Of a stretch of DNA of 64,000 bases, positions 24,016-36,523 are shown one piece after another; position 1 is the stretch's first letter, and each line of letters begins with the position of its first letter. The DNA lies in contig RHPI01002090.1 of the NCBI GenBank assembly GCA_009103225.1, forward strand, positions 579,311 to 643,310, written 5' to 3'. Source of the DNA: Chlorokybus atmophyticus (lineage: Eukaryota > Plantae > Mesostigma and Chlorokybus algae). The notes below the pieces were generated by a model, which searched no databases, was not told the DNA's origin, and worked only from the letters and a program-made list of their open reading frames with translations. The translations under genes were made by a program, and so were the position numbers.

Positions 24016-27000
24016 GATTATGCCGTGGCTGATGTAGAAGTGGTTGATAACCAGTTGCTTGTATTAGTAGCAAACTGGTTTGATGAGCTGTTCCAAGTGC
24101 ATGTAATGACACATGCATGGCAAGCACATAACAGGTTGCCACCTTTTGATGCTGCAAACGTGGAAGAGAATGCTTGTGTGTTGGTACATGTGGAGTTTAG
24201 CATGCTTACCAATGTGTTGCACACTTTGACCGAGTTGCAAAGTAAGCACAGAACCCAAAGTGTGGTAGTGATGGTGCCTAAATATCATGGCCCATGGTTG
24301 AAACACACGCGAGGGGGAACTGTGTTGAAGCAATTTAGCAAGCGTGAAACAGGGATGGTGCGCTTGTCAGCAATTTTACTCAACCCTCGCATTAGTCACG
24401 GACTCTTGGCTACATTTCAAGGACGGGTACTACCTCTGTTGTGGACATTTAGTGGCACAATGCAAGGGGTAAACAGTTCGTTCTTGATTGACACTGGTGC
24501 AACACACAGTTTCGTTGAGGAACAATGGGTTGTGCGCAATTAGATAGCGTGTAAACCCTCTGCATTTTCAGCTGCCGGTGCGGGGGGTGCGTTGCCAGTG
24601 AAAGGGGTAATAAATATGACAATAAAGATTGGCAATTATCATGCCACTCTTACTTTCATAGTGGTATCCATCGACATATCAGGTGTTGATGTGGTATTAC
24701 GACAGGAATGGCAGGAGAATGTTAAAATGACATTGAATACTGGCGCATGCTTGTGCACAGTAAAAAAAGGTCGTAAGCGTGTAACATTGTTTGTGAAAGG
24801 GTTACATAGCTTGGACCACAAGCAGCCCGACCGAGCGCTACTCACTGCACTGCCAGTGAAACGTGCGTTGCGCAAAAACACACCGGCTTTTCTGGTACAC
24901 TTGACGTCGTCGGATGATTTTGTGCCGGGAAATACAATGTCGCAGACATCATTGAGAAATATCAAGATGTGTTCTCAGATGAGTTGCCAGGCTTACCTCC
25001 TGATTGAGGTGTTGGACACAATACCACTCATTCCTGATTGCGAGCCTCCGTTTCGGCCTATATATACGCTGAGCCCCCGAGAGAGGGGAGAAATGGAAAC
25101 TCAAATCACAGAGTTATTGGAGAAGGGATTGATTGAACCGAGTTCTTCACCCTTTGGCGCGCCCATCTTGTTTGTGATGAAACAGAATGGAAAGCTGCGC
25201 ATGTGTGTGGATTACCGTGCTTTGAACAAGATCACGGTAAAGAATCGATACCCGGTTCCCCAGATTGATGATGTGTTTAATAAACTGTCGGGAAATGCGT
25301 ACTTTAATACGTTGGACTTAACAAGTGGGTATCATCAAATCCGAATTCATCCTTTTGATGTTTACAAGACAGCATTTAGAACACCTTCGGGCCATTATCA
25401 ATACAAAGTGTTACCTTTTGGATTGACTAATGCGCCCGCAGTGTTTCAGAAGGAAATGAATAAGATTTTTGGTGGCATACTTGGCAAGTATGTTATGGTT
25501 TACTTGGATGACATCATTGTCTTTAGTAAAACCAAGGAAGAGCATAAGCAGCACTTAGAAGCGGTGTTCGCCTTGCTGCGTACACATCGCTTGTTTGCCA
25601 ACTTGTCAAAGTGTGACTTTTGCAAGACAGAGTTGCCATTCTTAGGGCATATTGTGAGTGGTGCGGGTGTCAAACATGACCCTCGCAAAGTGCAAGTGGT
25701 AAAAGATTGGCCTCAACCTAAGAATACCCATCAATTGCGATCATTCTTGGGGTTGGCAAACTACTTTCGCAATTTTATGATGGGGTACTCCACAGTTGTG
25801 GTGCCTTTAACAAAATTGTTGCGAAAGGATGCCCCATTCTCTTGGACAGCAGCACAAGAAGCTGCTATGCAACAAGTGAAGCTGGCTTTGACTTCGGCAC
25901 CAGTATTGGCATTGATAAATTGGGATAAACACTTCACTGTGATTAGCGATACCTCCACCCTTGGGTGTGGTGCAGTATTGCTACAGGATGGCCGACCATG
26001 TGCTTATGAGAGTAGGAAATACATCCCAGCAGAGGTGAACTACACTACCACTGAGCAGGAATTGCTTGGTATAGTGCATGCTCTTGAAACATGGCGATGT
26101 TACTTGGAGGGAGTTCAGTTCACAGTGGTGACTGATCACAACCCGTTGGTGTACTTCTCAACACAGCTAAACTTGTCGCATAGGCAAGCTCGCTGGAATG
26201 AGTTCCCGTCGCGATTTACCTTTGAATGGGTATACCGGCCGGGCAGGACCAACGTGGCAGATCCTCTGAGTCGCTGTCCGTCATTGTTGGCAGTTATGCA
26301 TGCGCAGTTGCTTGCAACGCAGGGTACATTGCCTCCTGATGATGAGTTTGTGCAAGCTGTTATACAGGGGTATGCATTAGACCCATGGTTCTCTATACAA
26401 CAGAATGTACAACAGCTTGACAAAAGAGACAACTTGTATTATATGAGCGCCAGCTTGGTGATACCTGACCATGCTGGGTTGCGCATAAAATGCATAGCTG
26501 AAGTACACGATTCACCGTATGCTGGGCACTATGGCGGTCACAAGACAACTAAGGCAGCGCAACAGTTGTACTGGTGGCCATCGTTGCCTGTTGACGTGAA
26601 GCATTATGTTGACACGTGTGACAAATGTCAGCGTGACAAGCCGTTACGTCAGAAACCCGCTGGGTTGCAGCGACCTTTGCCTGTTCCTGATGGCAAGTGG
26701 GAAAGTGTGAGTATGGACCTAATTACTAAGCTCCCGGAGACAGCATTAGGGCACACTGCGGTTGCAGTTTTTGTGGATCGTTTAACAAAAATGGTTCACA
26801 TTGTCCCTTGCCGCACGAAAATAAGCTCCTCTGAATTAGCGATGGTTTTTGTCGCCTCTGTGTTTAAGTTACATGGCTTGCCTCGTAACTTCGTGTCTGA
26901 TCGCGATCCGCGAGTTATAGCTCAGTTCTGGAAGTCGCTATGCAGCTTCTTACATATATTCAGCAGAACATGAGCACAGCTTACCACCCACAGACGGATG

Positions 27001-27776
27001 GTCAGACAGAGCGCGCCAATCAGGTGATTGAGAAAAGCATCCGGCATTATGTGAGTCCGAACCAATCTGATTGGGATGTTTATCTCCCAATGGCTGAGTT
27101 CGCGATTAACAATGCATGGCAAGAGAGTGTGCAGGAAACTCCGTTTTTCTTAAATTATGGAGTGCATCCACTGAGTCCTGCAAACATCAAATTGCCCGCT
27201 ACCGACATAACTCGCGTACCTGCAGCGCGCGAGATGACTTCGGCCATGCAGGATAGGTTAGCGTTGGCAAAGGACTGTTTGCGCGCAGCGCAAGACAGAC
27301 AAAAAGCCCATGCTGATGCGCATCGTAGAGAGGCCAACTACGATGTGGGCTGTTCGTTTCTCAGCACCAAAAACATATCCATCAAGGGAGTGGGTACCCG
27401 CAAGTTTTTCCCTCGCTGGATAGGCCCGTTTAAACTGATTGATCGGGTCGGCACTCACGCGTATCGTTTGGACTTGCCGAAATCGATACGCATTCACAAT
27501 GTGTTTCATGTGAGTGTACTGAAACCGTACCGTTCTGACGGTCGGGATCAACCTCCTCCACCCCCCGTTGCAGTGGATGGCGACGATACTTATGAGTATG
27601 AGGTGGAAGCAATCCCGAGTCATCGCAAGCCTCGACGCGGCCGCGCGCCGTCTTACTTGGTGCAATGGAAAGGGTATGGTGTTGAGCACAATACATGGGA
27701 GCCCGAAAGGAATCTTACCAACTGCCAGGAGATTCTTCGGGGTAACTGGAGTACTGTGTCCACACGCGGACGGTAA
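24016..27776 (+). pseudogene. Pol: extra N-terminal domain, aspartic protease, RT, RNase H, integrase, chromodomain
   Basis: FLIDTGATHSF, YLDDII, TDHNPL, HDSPYAGH...CDKCQ, MSTAYHPQTDGQTER and YLVQWKGY...NTWEPE. In-frame TAG at 24541-24543, a compensated frameshift pair near 24935-25020, and a frameshift near 26950. Confidence 0.95.
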
Positions 27777-27885
27777 AAGGGTGCTGGCAGACATCTTTAC
27801 CGCTTCGGCCCTGATTCTCATACTATTTTCGTTTCTTTACTCGTGGTGGGGCTTTGCTAACCCTTCAATGAGGACATTGCAACCT

Positions 27886-27898
27886 AAGTGGGGGAGAA
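27886..27898 (+). promoter_or_regulatory. Polypurine tract
   Basis: AAGTGGGGGAGAA directly before the 3' LTR TGTAAC. Confidence 0.92.
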
Positions 27899-28225
27899 TG
27901 TAACGGTGTGCTACCTTCATAGAGGTTCCCCGCCCTTATTTAAGATTAAATAAAGGTCCCAACGGGATTATACAGCCTATTAAGCCATATTAGGGCCGTT
28001 AACTTATGTTAAGGCCCTAATGTAGTGTTACTTATCTGTAACACTGATATCGACATGAGACATGATATCAGTGTTATGGCGGCGCTGCTAAACGCAGCGA
28101 CCGCCATAGCCAGGGGATCATGTGCTTCGGCAGTTACCCCTGGCGGCGGCGGCGTGGGTGTCGTGGCTTGTGGTGGTGTTGGGGTAGGGGATTAAAGGGA
28201 GGAGGGAGCACCCCCTCTCCTTACA
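27899..28225 (+). repeat. 3' LTR (327 bp)
   Basis: TGTAACGG...CCTTACA, followed by TSD AGCAC. Confidence 0.97.
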
Positions 28226-29208
28226 AGCACAGTAGCAACATGCATAGCAGAAAGTTTATAATTAAATATGCACCGAAGTTTACGGTCCGAATTAGTTGAA
28301 GTAAAAGTGCAATTCGCTTTCCTTTATCGCTGAGTACCCCAATTGTGTTGTACGAATGTGATCATCCTTTGCCGCGGTGTGGCATATACTTAATGTAGAA
28401 ACGTGTGTCATTCCCATATCTTGCTAAACATTGATACATGGGTGACAAATTGCAGAATATGCACAAACAGCAATGAGCATGAGCCAAGTGTGCCAATTCG
28501 CTTTAAATTGTTTCGTGTGTAGTAGTTGCATGCTGCGCTTGGTGCTCGTTTAACAGCACATATGAGTTCGTTAAAAAAGTGTTACTCAACCACTGCTTAT
28601 GAGAGGCAGCATTTGCACGAGTATAAAGCTTACAGCAAAATCGCATGATTTAATAACTTGATATTTTTTTATGATTATTGCGTGACCAACGTGACCCAAA
28701 AGTTCAGCTCAATATGAAACATAAGGCACGGAGGTTTGTGAAATCATCTTAAACCAAAATGTGCCAGTAAGTACACAGTGGAGCACAGTGGAGTTGAACA
28801 GTTTCTTGGTTTATATTGCTGCAGGTGAGAGCGGTGACACCGTGTCACTGATGTACATGTACACTTGGTACAGCTGCGTACCGATCCGGCGTCAGCGCGA
28901 CACAGGCATCCTACAGGCGGACCTCCTGCTCCTCCGTGTCGCCGACGCCAGGCGGCACTGATTAGGGTACTTGCTTATTGCAAAGCCAAGCAAGGTACCA
29001 GTTTTGGCAGCTGAGCTCAGCCAAGAGTCTTGGCCCAAGACAAAGCTACACTTGTAGCTGGAAAAGGGCAGAGGTTACAGCAGGACAAAGCGCACAAGCT
29101 TGGACCTTGAAGTTACCGGCGGCGACGTCCTCCTCATTGTCATTAAGCTGCTAAGGGAGATAGGAGTGTTGCCGCTTCCCAGCAGAGCCGCCGCCGACGT
29201 CGTTGACT

Positions 29209-31990
29209 ATGTGGCCGGCGTTGTGGACAGATGCCAGCAGGGCCTCTGTCCCGTGGCTGCTGCTTGCGGTGGGAGCGGCGGTGGTGGGGGCCAGCTACTA
29301 CGTCTATTGGTTTCTGATAGGCAGGGTTAGATGGTACTTCAACTACATGGAAAGACAGGTAATGCTGCGTTCTGTTTGAGTTTGCATGCAGAGCTTTTCA
29401 GATAGCCAAACATGGCAGCTTTCTTGCACGTGAGCATGCAGACGTGGTATCTGTCGTGACATTGACTGGTAGCATGTGGCAGTTGCAAGCAACGGGGGTT
29501 TAAGCTTGCTTCTCATATTGTGGATTCAAGTACCGAGCAACATGCAGTCCCTTTCGGTGCTATTGAGAAGTTGTCGTAATGAACCAATTTATGTCAAGCT
29601 ATATGACCAGCCGTTTGCATGGAGTATTCATATCGCATAAATAGTTGTGCATGCATATTTGAGCTCACTTTCAACTGCACACCACACCTTGCAAGCCGGA
29701 ATAGGACGCTACTCCTACTTGCTACTTAAACTAACTACAGTCTTGGGTGAAGCAGCAGTGTGCACCAGCTATGACTCAACTACATGCGTGCAGGGCGTCC
29801 CTGTGGCCAATGATCGCCCCATAGTGGGCATCTTCCCGGAGCTGCGGGAGATACAGAAGAGTGGGGAGCCCTTCAAGCTGGCGCTCAACTTCCGTAAACA
29901 GTATGGGCGGGTGTATATGGTGGCACTGGGCCCCGTACCGCTACTCAACGTGCAGGACCCGGAGCTGCTGTGGCAGATGCTAGTCAAGAATGCCAATCAC
30001 TACACCAAGGTGGTGACTTGTACTTTCTCACCAGAATGAATGTCATTGTCTGCATAGCATTGCATGCATGGGCCAGCAAGCGGGCAGTGTTGTTTGCTGC
30101 TGCTGAGCTTGTGGCCTTGTGTTGGCAGGCGGAGTTTGTTGCACAAGGCCTTCGGCCGCTGCTAGGCAATGGCCTTGTACTTGCTGAGCACGAAAACGTA
30201 AGTGTTGCAGTCGATGACGTAATCTTGAGAGTCAGGTTTGTAGCTACCACGCGTGCAGTCTGGTTTGTAGTCTCCCTGACCTTGTGTGGACCACAGTGGG
30301 CTCGCCAGCGCCGTCTCGTGAACCCTTCTTTCCATGCCGAGCGTGTGAAAGAAATGGTCCCAATCATGGTCGCCTGCACTGCGGAAGCTGTGGATAAATG
30401 GGCCAGAGAAGTGCGGGAAAAGGTGTGAACGCATTTGATGTAGCCCTTCAGTATGTCGTTGTAGTTGGCCAGAGCGTACAGAGTTTATTCTTCTTGGTGT
30501 TCTTATGGATGTTGCAATGGGCTTTGCAAGCGTTACATCTGGTAGTCAGTCAGGAAGCGAGTCAGTGGCTGGTTCAGTCCTGCCAGTGCTACCCAGTGCT
30601 GCCTCCGTGGCTGCCCAGGACCACTGTTGTGTAATCATGAGCACAGCATGTGCAGTTGCAGAGGCAGCGTCTGCTGAGTCACGTTCGCTATGCAGGGGCT
30701 TGTGGAGGTGGACATGAGGCACGACATGTCTGCACTCACTTTGCATGTCATGGGTACGTGCACGATAGACACCTCGCAATGCCCGTGACATGGTTACCAA
30801 CCTGCTGCTTTGGAACAGGCACCGCCTCTTTCAGCGCGGGTGAGGCCGCGAGCAAGAACAGTCAGTTTGTGTACGAGCGCCTGACGGCCTTGCAGGAGTT
30901 CACTGATGACCTCGTTAACAAGGGTCTGATATTCATCCCTTTCCATCAGTGGCTTCCCCTGACGCGCCGCGCCATGTCCGCACGCGCGCATGTCCGCAGC
31001 TTTGTGCAGGAAATCATCACGGCCAAGCGCAAAGCTCTAGCTGCAGAGCATGACAGAAGCTCAAAAGGTTTGTGGAACTGCTGTATGTACGTCACTCTTC
31101 TGCAAGACATGCGTTGTTAACGTGCTTAGCTCCAGCTGCTGCCTGTAGGAAGCAGTCCTGCTGCTGACACCCACCACCAAGACCTCCTTGGTTCATTACT
31201 CCTCGCCAAAGAAGAGAACAACAATGCCGGTGGTAACCTTCAGCTCACAGATGAGGAGCTGCTGGATCAGGTAAGCACCTTCCTGTTTGAGTCATAGTTA
31301 GGAGTTGGCAGTGAGTTACCAGCACTCAGCACCTTCTACTGTATTCAGTGGAGTGTGCCAAACTTAGTTATCATTGTTTATGCTGTGCAGGTGCAAACGT
31401 TCTTGTTTGCTGGACACGAGACGACAGCGCAGCTGATGTGTTTCACGCTGCGCCTGTTGTCTGACCACCCTGAGTGGTGCGAGAAGGCCCGCGAGGAGGT
31501 GCGTGAAGTGTGCGGTAGCGGTTTCCCGGAAGCTTCGCAGCTGGATAAACTTAAGGTCTGCACCATGATCTTCTACGAGACGCTGAGGCTGTACCCGCCG
31601 GTGCCGTTCACGAGCCGCGTGTGCACGACGGAGCACCGACTAGGGGAATACAACATCCCAAAGGGGGTCGCGATCACCATCAACGTGTGCTCGGTTCATC
31701 GCGATGCGGAGCTGTGGCCCGAGCCGGACGAGTTTAAGCCAGAGAGGTTTGAGGGCGGGTTGGCCAAGGCCTGCAAGCACCCTTTCGCATTCCTCCCGTT
31801 CCTGGGCGGGCCGCGCGTGTGCATCGGGCAGAAGTTTGCGCTGTACGAGGCAAAGGTGATTTTGGCCATGCTGCTGCAGAGGTTCTCATTTCGTCAGTCG
31901 CCTGGGCAGGACTTGGGAATGGACTCGCAAGTCACTCTGCGGCCGCGGTCCATGCTTCTGCAGCTCACAGAACTGAAGGCAGCTGCATGA
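29209..31990 (+). CDS. Cytochrome P450, clan 72-like, 8 exons
   Basis: N-terminal TM anchor (MWPALW...YYVYWFL), WARQRRLVNPSFH, FAGHETT, ETLR, PERF and heme motif FLGGPRVCIG. Exons 29209-29358, 29794-30009, 30129-30197 and 30297-30422 splice in frame, with four further exons to 31990. Confidence 0.96.
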
Positions 31991-33859
31991 GTGTACATGA
32001 GTGCAGTGGTATACAGCAGCTCTCAATATGCACTCCACACGGAGGCTTTAGGCGCCTATCCTTCTTTCTGCCGTTTGGCTTTTGGACTCGCGCGATAAGC
32101 CTGAGCATGCGAGAGTGCTGCACTCCAGTGAGAATGCTAGCTGCGACAGCCGTGAACACATTGATGGAAGCCTGATGAGGTTTGGTGACCGTTGCAAGGA
32201 CATCTTGTACATGTTGTAAATGGCATGAGTTTTTGTTTTGCAAGAAACACCCAACGGCGCTTGCTCTGCATGCCACACCATACTTGACTGCTGCTTGCGC
32301 AACAGTGTCAGGGCAATGCTAGAAGCCCGCATGGGCCAAGCTAGGCGATCGATGCTCAAAGTAGGGTAGTAGTAGTAGAGTGCGTGAGTAGTTGTGGTGG
32401 CGGCTGGCTGCCTGAGGTATGTAGTCTGATATGCACCGCAGATGCAAGACACATGCAGTGGACTGACTTGCAACCACACGGGCATGGGAAAATCCAGCGT
32501 CGCATTTCTTTGTGCACAAGCAAGCAAGCAAGCACAATGCAGACAAGGCCTTCCAATTACAAAAATCGGGGCATTTGCTAGCTAGCTACGTACGTGCAAG
32601 GTGGGGTGGGGCCAGCAGAGGCAGGGCAGTACAGGGCAAGGAAGTAAATAACAAGGGCAACCGACATGTAGCACATCATGTGTGTGCAGCAATTGTGCAT
32701 GCATGCTTGTGCTGGACATGTTGAACGTATACGAAGCATCCATGGCATGTCTAGAATAGTTCTTTGGACTTTGTACGTATCGTGGCCAACTGTGCGCAAC
32801 ATGACAAGTCACTCACAAACAGGTACAGTTGGGTTGATTGCTGAGTGGTAGCGGTACTTCATGGGATTGGACTATATCTTTTGGCAATGACTGTGGCGGT
32901 GTATACAGCAATAGATGCATCAAGCAAACCAATGCACACGGCAATAGGACACAGAGCAATGTCAGCAAAATATGAAGATGAATGTGTACTCAGGTGAGTG
33001 CAGGTGTGGGATAGTAGGTGGTTGAGGTTTGTTGAGTTCTGAGTGGCTTGGGGTTCGGGACCAGCCCGTCTGCTGTTGTTATTTGCATTGCTGCTGCTGC
33101 TGTTCACACTCCAATGTGTGCTACGAAATGCATATGTGATGGGTACTTTGGTGATGAGAGCGTGTGTGAATGTCAGCAGGAGCATGGTATGCATTGCACA
33201 AAACTTTACTTTATTGGCATATGAGGCTGGTATCTGTACTGATGATTTCAACATAGGGATTGTGCATACTCATGCAGCTACCTGCTAGCGTGCGCGCTAC
33301 AGCGGGCGCAAGGTCTGGCGCTGCTGGAGCGTGGAGCCATGGCGGTGGCGGCGATGCCGGGTTAGGCACCGTTGCAGACGGTGCCGCCGACGGCGGAGGA
33401 GGACGCTGTGCTCGCAGGGATGTCCTGAGCGCTCGCATGTGATGTATGCGTGTGCGCGCACTAGCGCTATCGTAGGCAGTGCTGGTTGTATGGTTGTTAG
33501 GTACGAACAGACCTCTGGACCCTTGCCTATGTTTTGCCCTAAATGTACTTGCATCTCTACCTGCACATGCCCATCAACCGCACTATGCCCTACGACACGT
33601 GCCCTTGACTTGACAGGCACTGCGCCATGCGCCACGAGGCACATGTCACAACCACATACCTATCAACTTCTGTTGAGTGGGTGGCACTGTCCATTTGCTT
33701 GTCCTACGCGTCAAGCATCCTGTCATTGAATGCACTGTCGGTGGCAAACTTCTCAACCAATACAGGTGCCTTATCCAGTCTCACCTTACCACACTCCCTC
33801 TTTGCAAGAAGCCTGTTGATGAGGAGGGTCCTTGCGCAGCGCGTTTCACTGTCGACAAC

Positions 33860-36081
33860 TCATTCATGAAAGTAAGGATACACCTCCAGAGTGTCCTCTC
33901 CCTCTCTGAGCTTGCCATCTTTGTCATAGAACAGCGCACGATAGCACCACGCACAAAGGAAGGCGGGGTTCTCTGGCGCAAGGACCGCCCTGTGCGTGAC
34001 ACGTGAGGCTGCATGCACGCTGCAGACACTGCACTTGCGCTGACGAGGGCCCAGTAGAAAAGTCGTGTGGGGATACAACTCCACATGCTGCGGGTCAGAG
34101 GGATGCAGCAACCTGTGTACAGGCAACTCGTTAAACAAGGTGGGACCTCTCAGTCCAAGTGGCAGGCAAAACCCGCTTGTGCAATAAGGCGTGGCTGTAC
34201 CTAATGTCATGAAACTCGATGGCGTGCTCGCAGTTGCCCTGGTGGCTATATAAATAGCGTCTGCCCGGCACAACGCGCATTCGCTCAAACACGCCTTCTT
34301 GCATGCTTGCAATACGCCACTCCTCGGATGTGGGTTGCTGCGCCTGGGCCCACTTCAATATCTCGCTCACCTCTAGGCATTCCCCTTGCACATAGAAGAC
34401 CCCCTGTGACACAGATGCACAAGACAGTCCAACTCAAACCTCGCAGACACGCACATATCCGAAATTGCGGGCTACTCACCTCAATGAAGAAAAACGGCTG
34501 CGTGGGTTCATTGTTGCCAGTGGAGATTATGCGTTCGCTGAGGCAGTACACTTTACGCTGCAAGTCCACCAGCGTCTGCGATCCAAGCACAAGGAACTCC
34601 TGGACCTTTCTGTTGAGCTGCCACGCGTGATGAAACGACACGGTCAGCACCACTTCAGTCGGGTCCACTTCCCGCAGTGCGACGGTGTCCTGAGCCGCGT
34701 GCACAAACTTGGATGCAACATTAAGAGGCGGCGCGCGCAACTTGCCCTCATCCATCCGACGCTTCTTCTCTCTGCATGCAAGCTGTTAATCCATGCAACT
34801 GTTCAAACATTCTTGAAGGCAACACGCCCAACATTACTCACCTCAAGCAGCTGAGCGGTGCGGACGCCACGTCGCGTTCCCTTTGAGAGCGCAGGCTCGC
34901 AATCAGGCCGGGCCTTTCAACATCGGTGGCAACGAGGAGCAACTGCAAACACATCACATAGTTTAAGTCAACACTACATTCCAGGTTTCCTGCATGACTC
35001 CAAACATGCGTACCTCCACGTATTTGTCGATGGTCGCACGGACAGGCAGCATGCCGTGATTATTGCTATCCACAATAGGCAGCGCTTCAAGGGCGACCGC
35101 ATTGATTGTAGGCACGCTTGGGATGTTGTTTTGCGCTTGCTGAGGCCGGTCAGCTGTCCCAGTGCACTGTGCTGTGTGCTGCCCACTATCAGGCAGTCTT
35201 GCATCAGCTCCCTGAGTATTTTTCTGCTTGCGTGTCCGGTCTGCACAATGTCACATCAGCAATGTGTACCAGTAACATATAAGACACCAGCAAACACCGC
35301 CTGCTAGCACGCATGCAAGTGTTATGCGGTTATAACTTACCAGTCTGCTTGGCGGTTTGCTGATCAGATGCCTGTGCCCTAGCCTTGTGGGTCTGTGCAA
35401 CATCCAACGTTGCTAAACAGCAGCTTTGCAGCACACGCAAACTGTAAGAGGGGGCACATATGCATGTGCGTTGCATTTGTGGCACTGTTTATGCTTGCTG
35501 ACGAGCACCTCATACTCCCGCTGGATTACCGCCTTAAGTATCTCATCCATTGTGGGCGCCTTCAAGTCGTCTGCACTGCAATGCCGAAGGGGGATTGAAG
35601 CTTGGCCACAGCATACAATAACAAACGAAGCTGCAACCGAACACGAGTAAACTGCATGCACACACAGTGCACACACTACGAAACAATGCATGTGTGCAGG
35701 GTGTGCTTGTACAATTGAAATAAAAGACAACGTATTTGCACTTCCACACACCTGACTTGCACACCTTCCTTCAGCAGCGTTTCAGCATCGAAGCTTGCGA
35801 GTGCATTGCTCAACTCCTGCGATTGCAGCTTCTTACGGCAAACCAGCGAGCAGCACGACACGCAAAGACGTGATGATCTGGAGAGAGAACCCTCCTCTTG
35901 GCCATACGCATACCTGGACCATGGCGTGGCACTGCTGACGGAACTCGCCCACATGCACGGCGTCAGCAGCAGCGGCGTTGCCGCCCGCAGCAACCAGGGC
36001 GCCACTGCCGACAGCCGCGCCACTGCTGGCGTTCCTCGGCCGCTTGCCGCCCCCTCCCCCGCCATCCTGCCTGCCCGCCAT
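33860..36081 (-). CDS. SNAPC3: snRNA-activating protein complex subunit 3 (SNAP50/SRD2-like), multi-exon
   Basis: N-terminal VHVGEF, then QEFLVLGSQTLVDLQRKVYC, YLYSHQGNCEH and the C-terminal zinc motif CSVC...APENPAFLCAWCYRALFY. Confidence 0.92.
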
Positions 36082-36523
36082 GGCCTGACTGAACCGTTGC
36101 AGTGCCAAGCAAAAGGCCAAGAAGCCTGACCAGGCCGAACACTGACTCACCACTGGCCTGGTGAGTCACCAGGCCACCGCACAAAGGCGCACATCCGGTA
36201 TACCGCTGCGCCCTGGTGAGGTCTACCAGGCTAGATAGCCTAGCGTGAGGGATCGGGCGACTTGCGGCGGTGCGCCGCAAAGTGCATGCAAAGTCTGCAT
36301 TGCAGAAAGCCTGCCTGTGTGATGCCCAGTGCAACAGCAGCAAGCTGAGCACAATGTGAGGAGGGCCTTGAGTGGAAGCCTGTGCATAATTTCAGGCAAA
36401 ATCCGTCCCCTGTGTAGATGATTGAACACGTAATAGAAGCTTGGCTGTCCAGCTAGCCGGTTGCTTCTAGCTGCAAAGCATCCCTACTTTGCACCCAGCA
36501 GCCGCGTGTTACAGCGACAGCCC
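36082..36523. promoter_or_regulatory. Probable bidirectional promoter (SNAPC3 / NAT)
   Basis: Head-to-head start codons ~440 bp apart. Perfect palindrome GGCCTGGTGA-G-TCACCAGGCC at 36155-36175. Confidence 0.55.

Larger units (their letters stand above)
21353..28225 (+). mobile_element. Full-length Ty3/gypsy chromovirus-type LTR retrotransposon (6873 bp), pol mutated
   Basis: Paired LTRs, 5-bp TSD AGCAC (21348-21352 and 28226-28230), PBS, PPT, and domain order gag-PR-RT-RH-INT-chromodomain. Confidence 0.98.

Noticed and set aside
32560-33450. Small gene between the P450 and SNAPC3
   Set aside because: A hydrophobic stretch and a GC-rich patch exist, but there is no consistent spliced ORF or recognisable motif.
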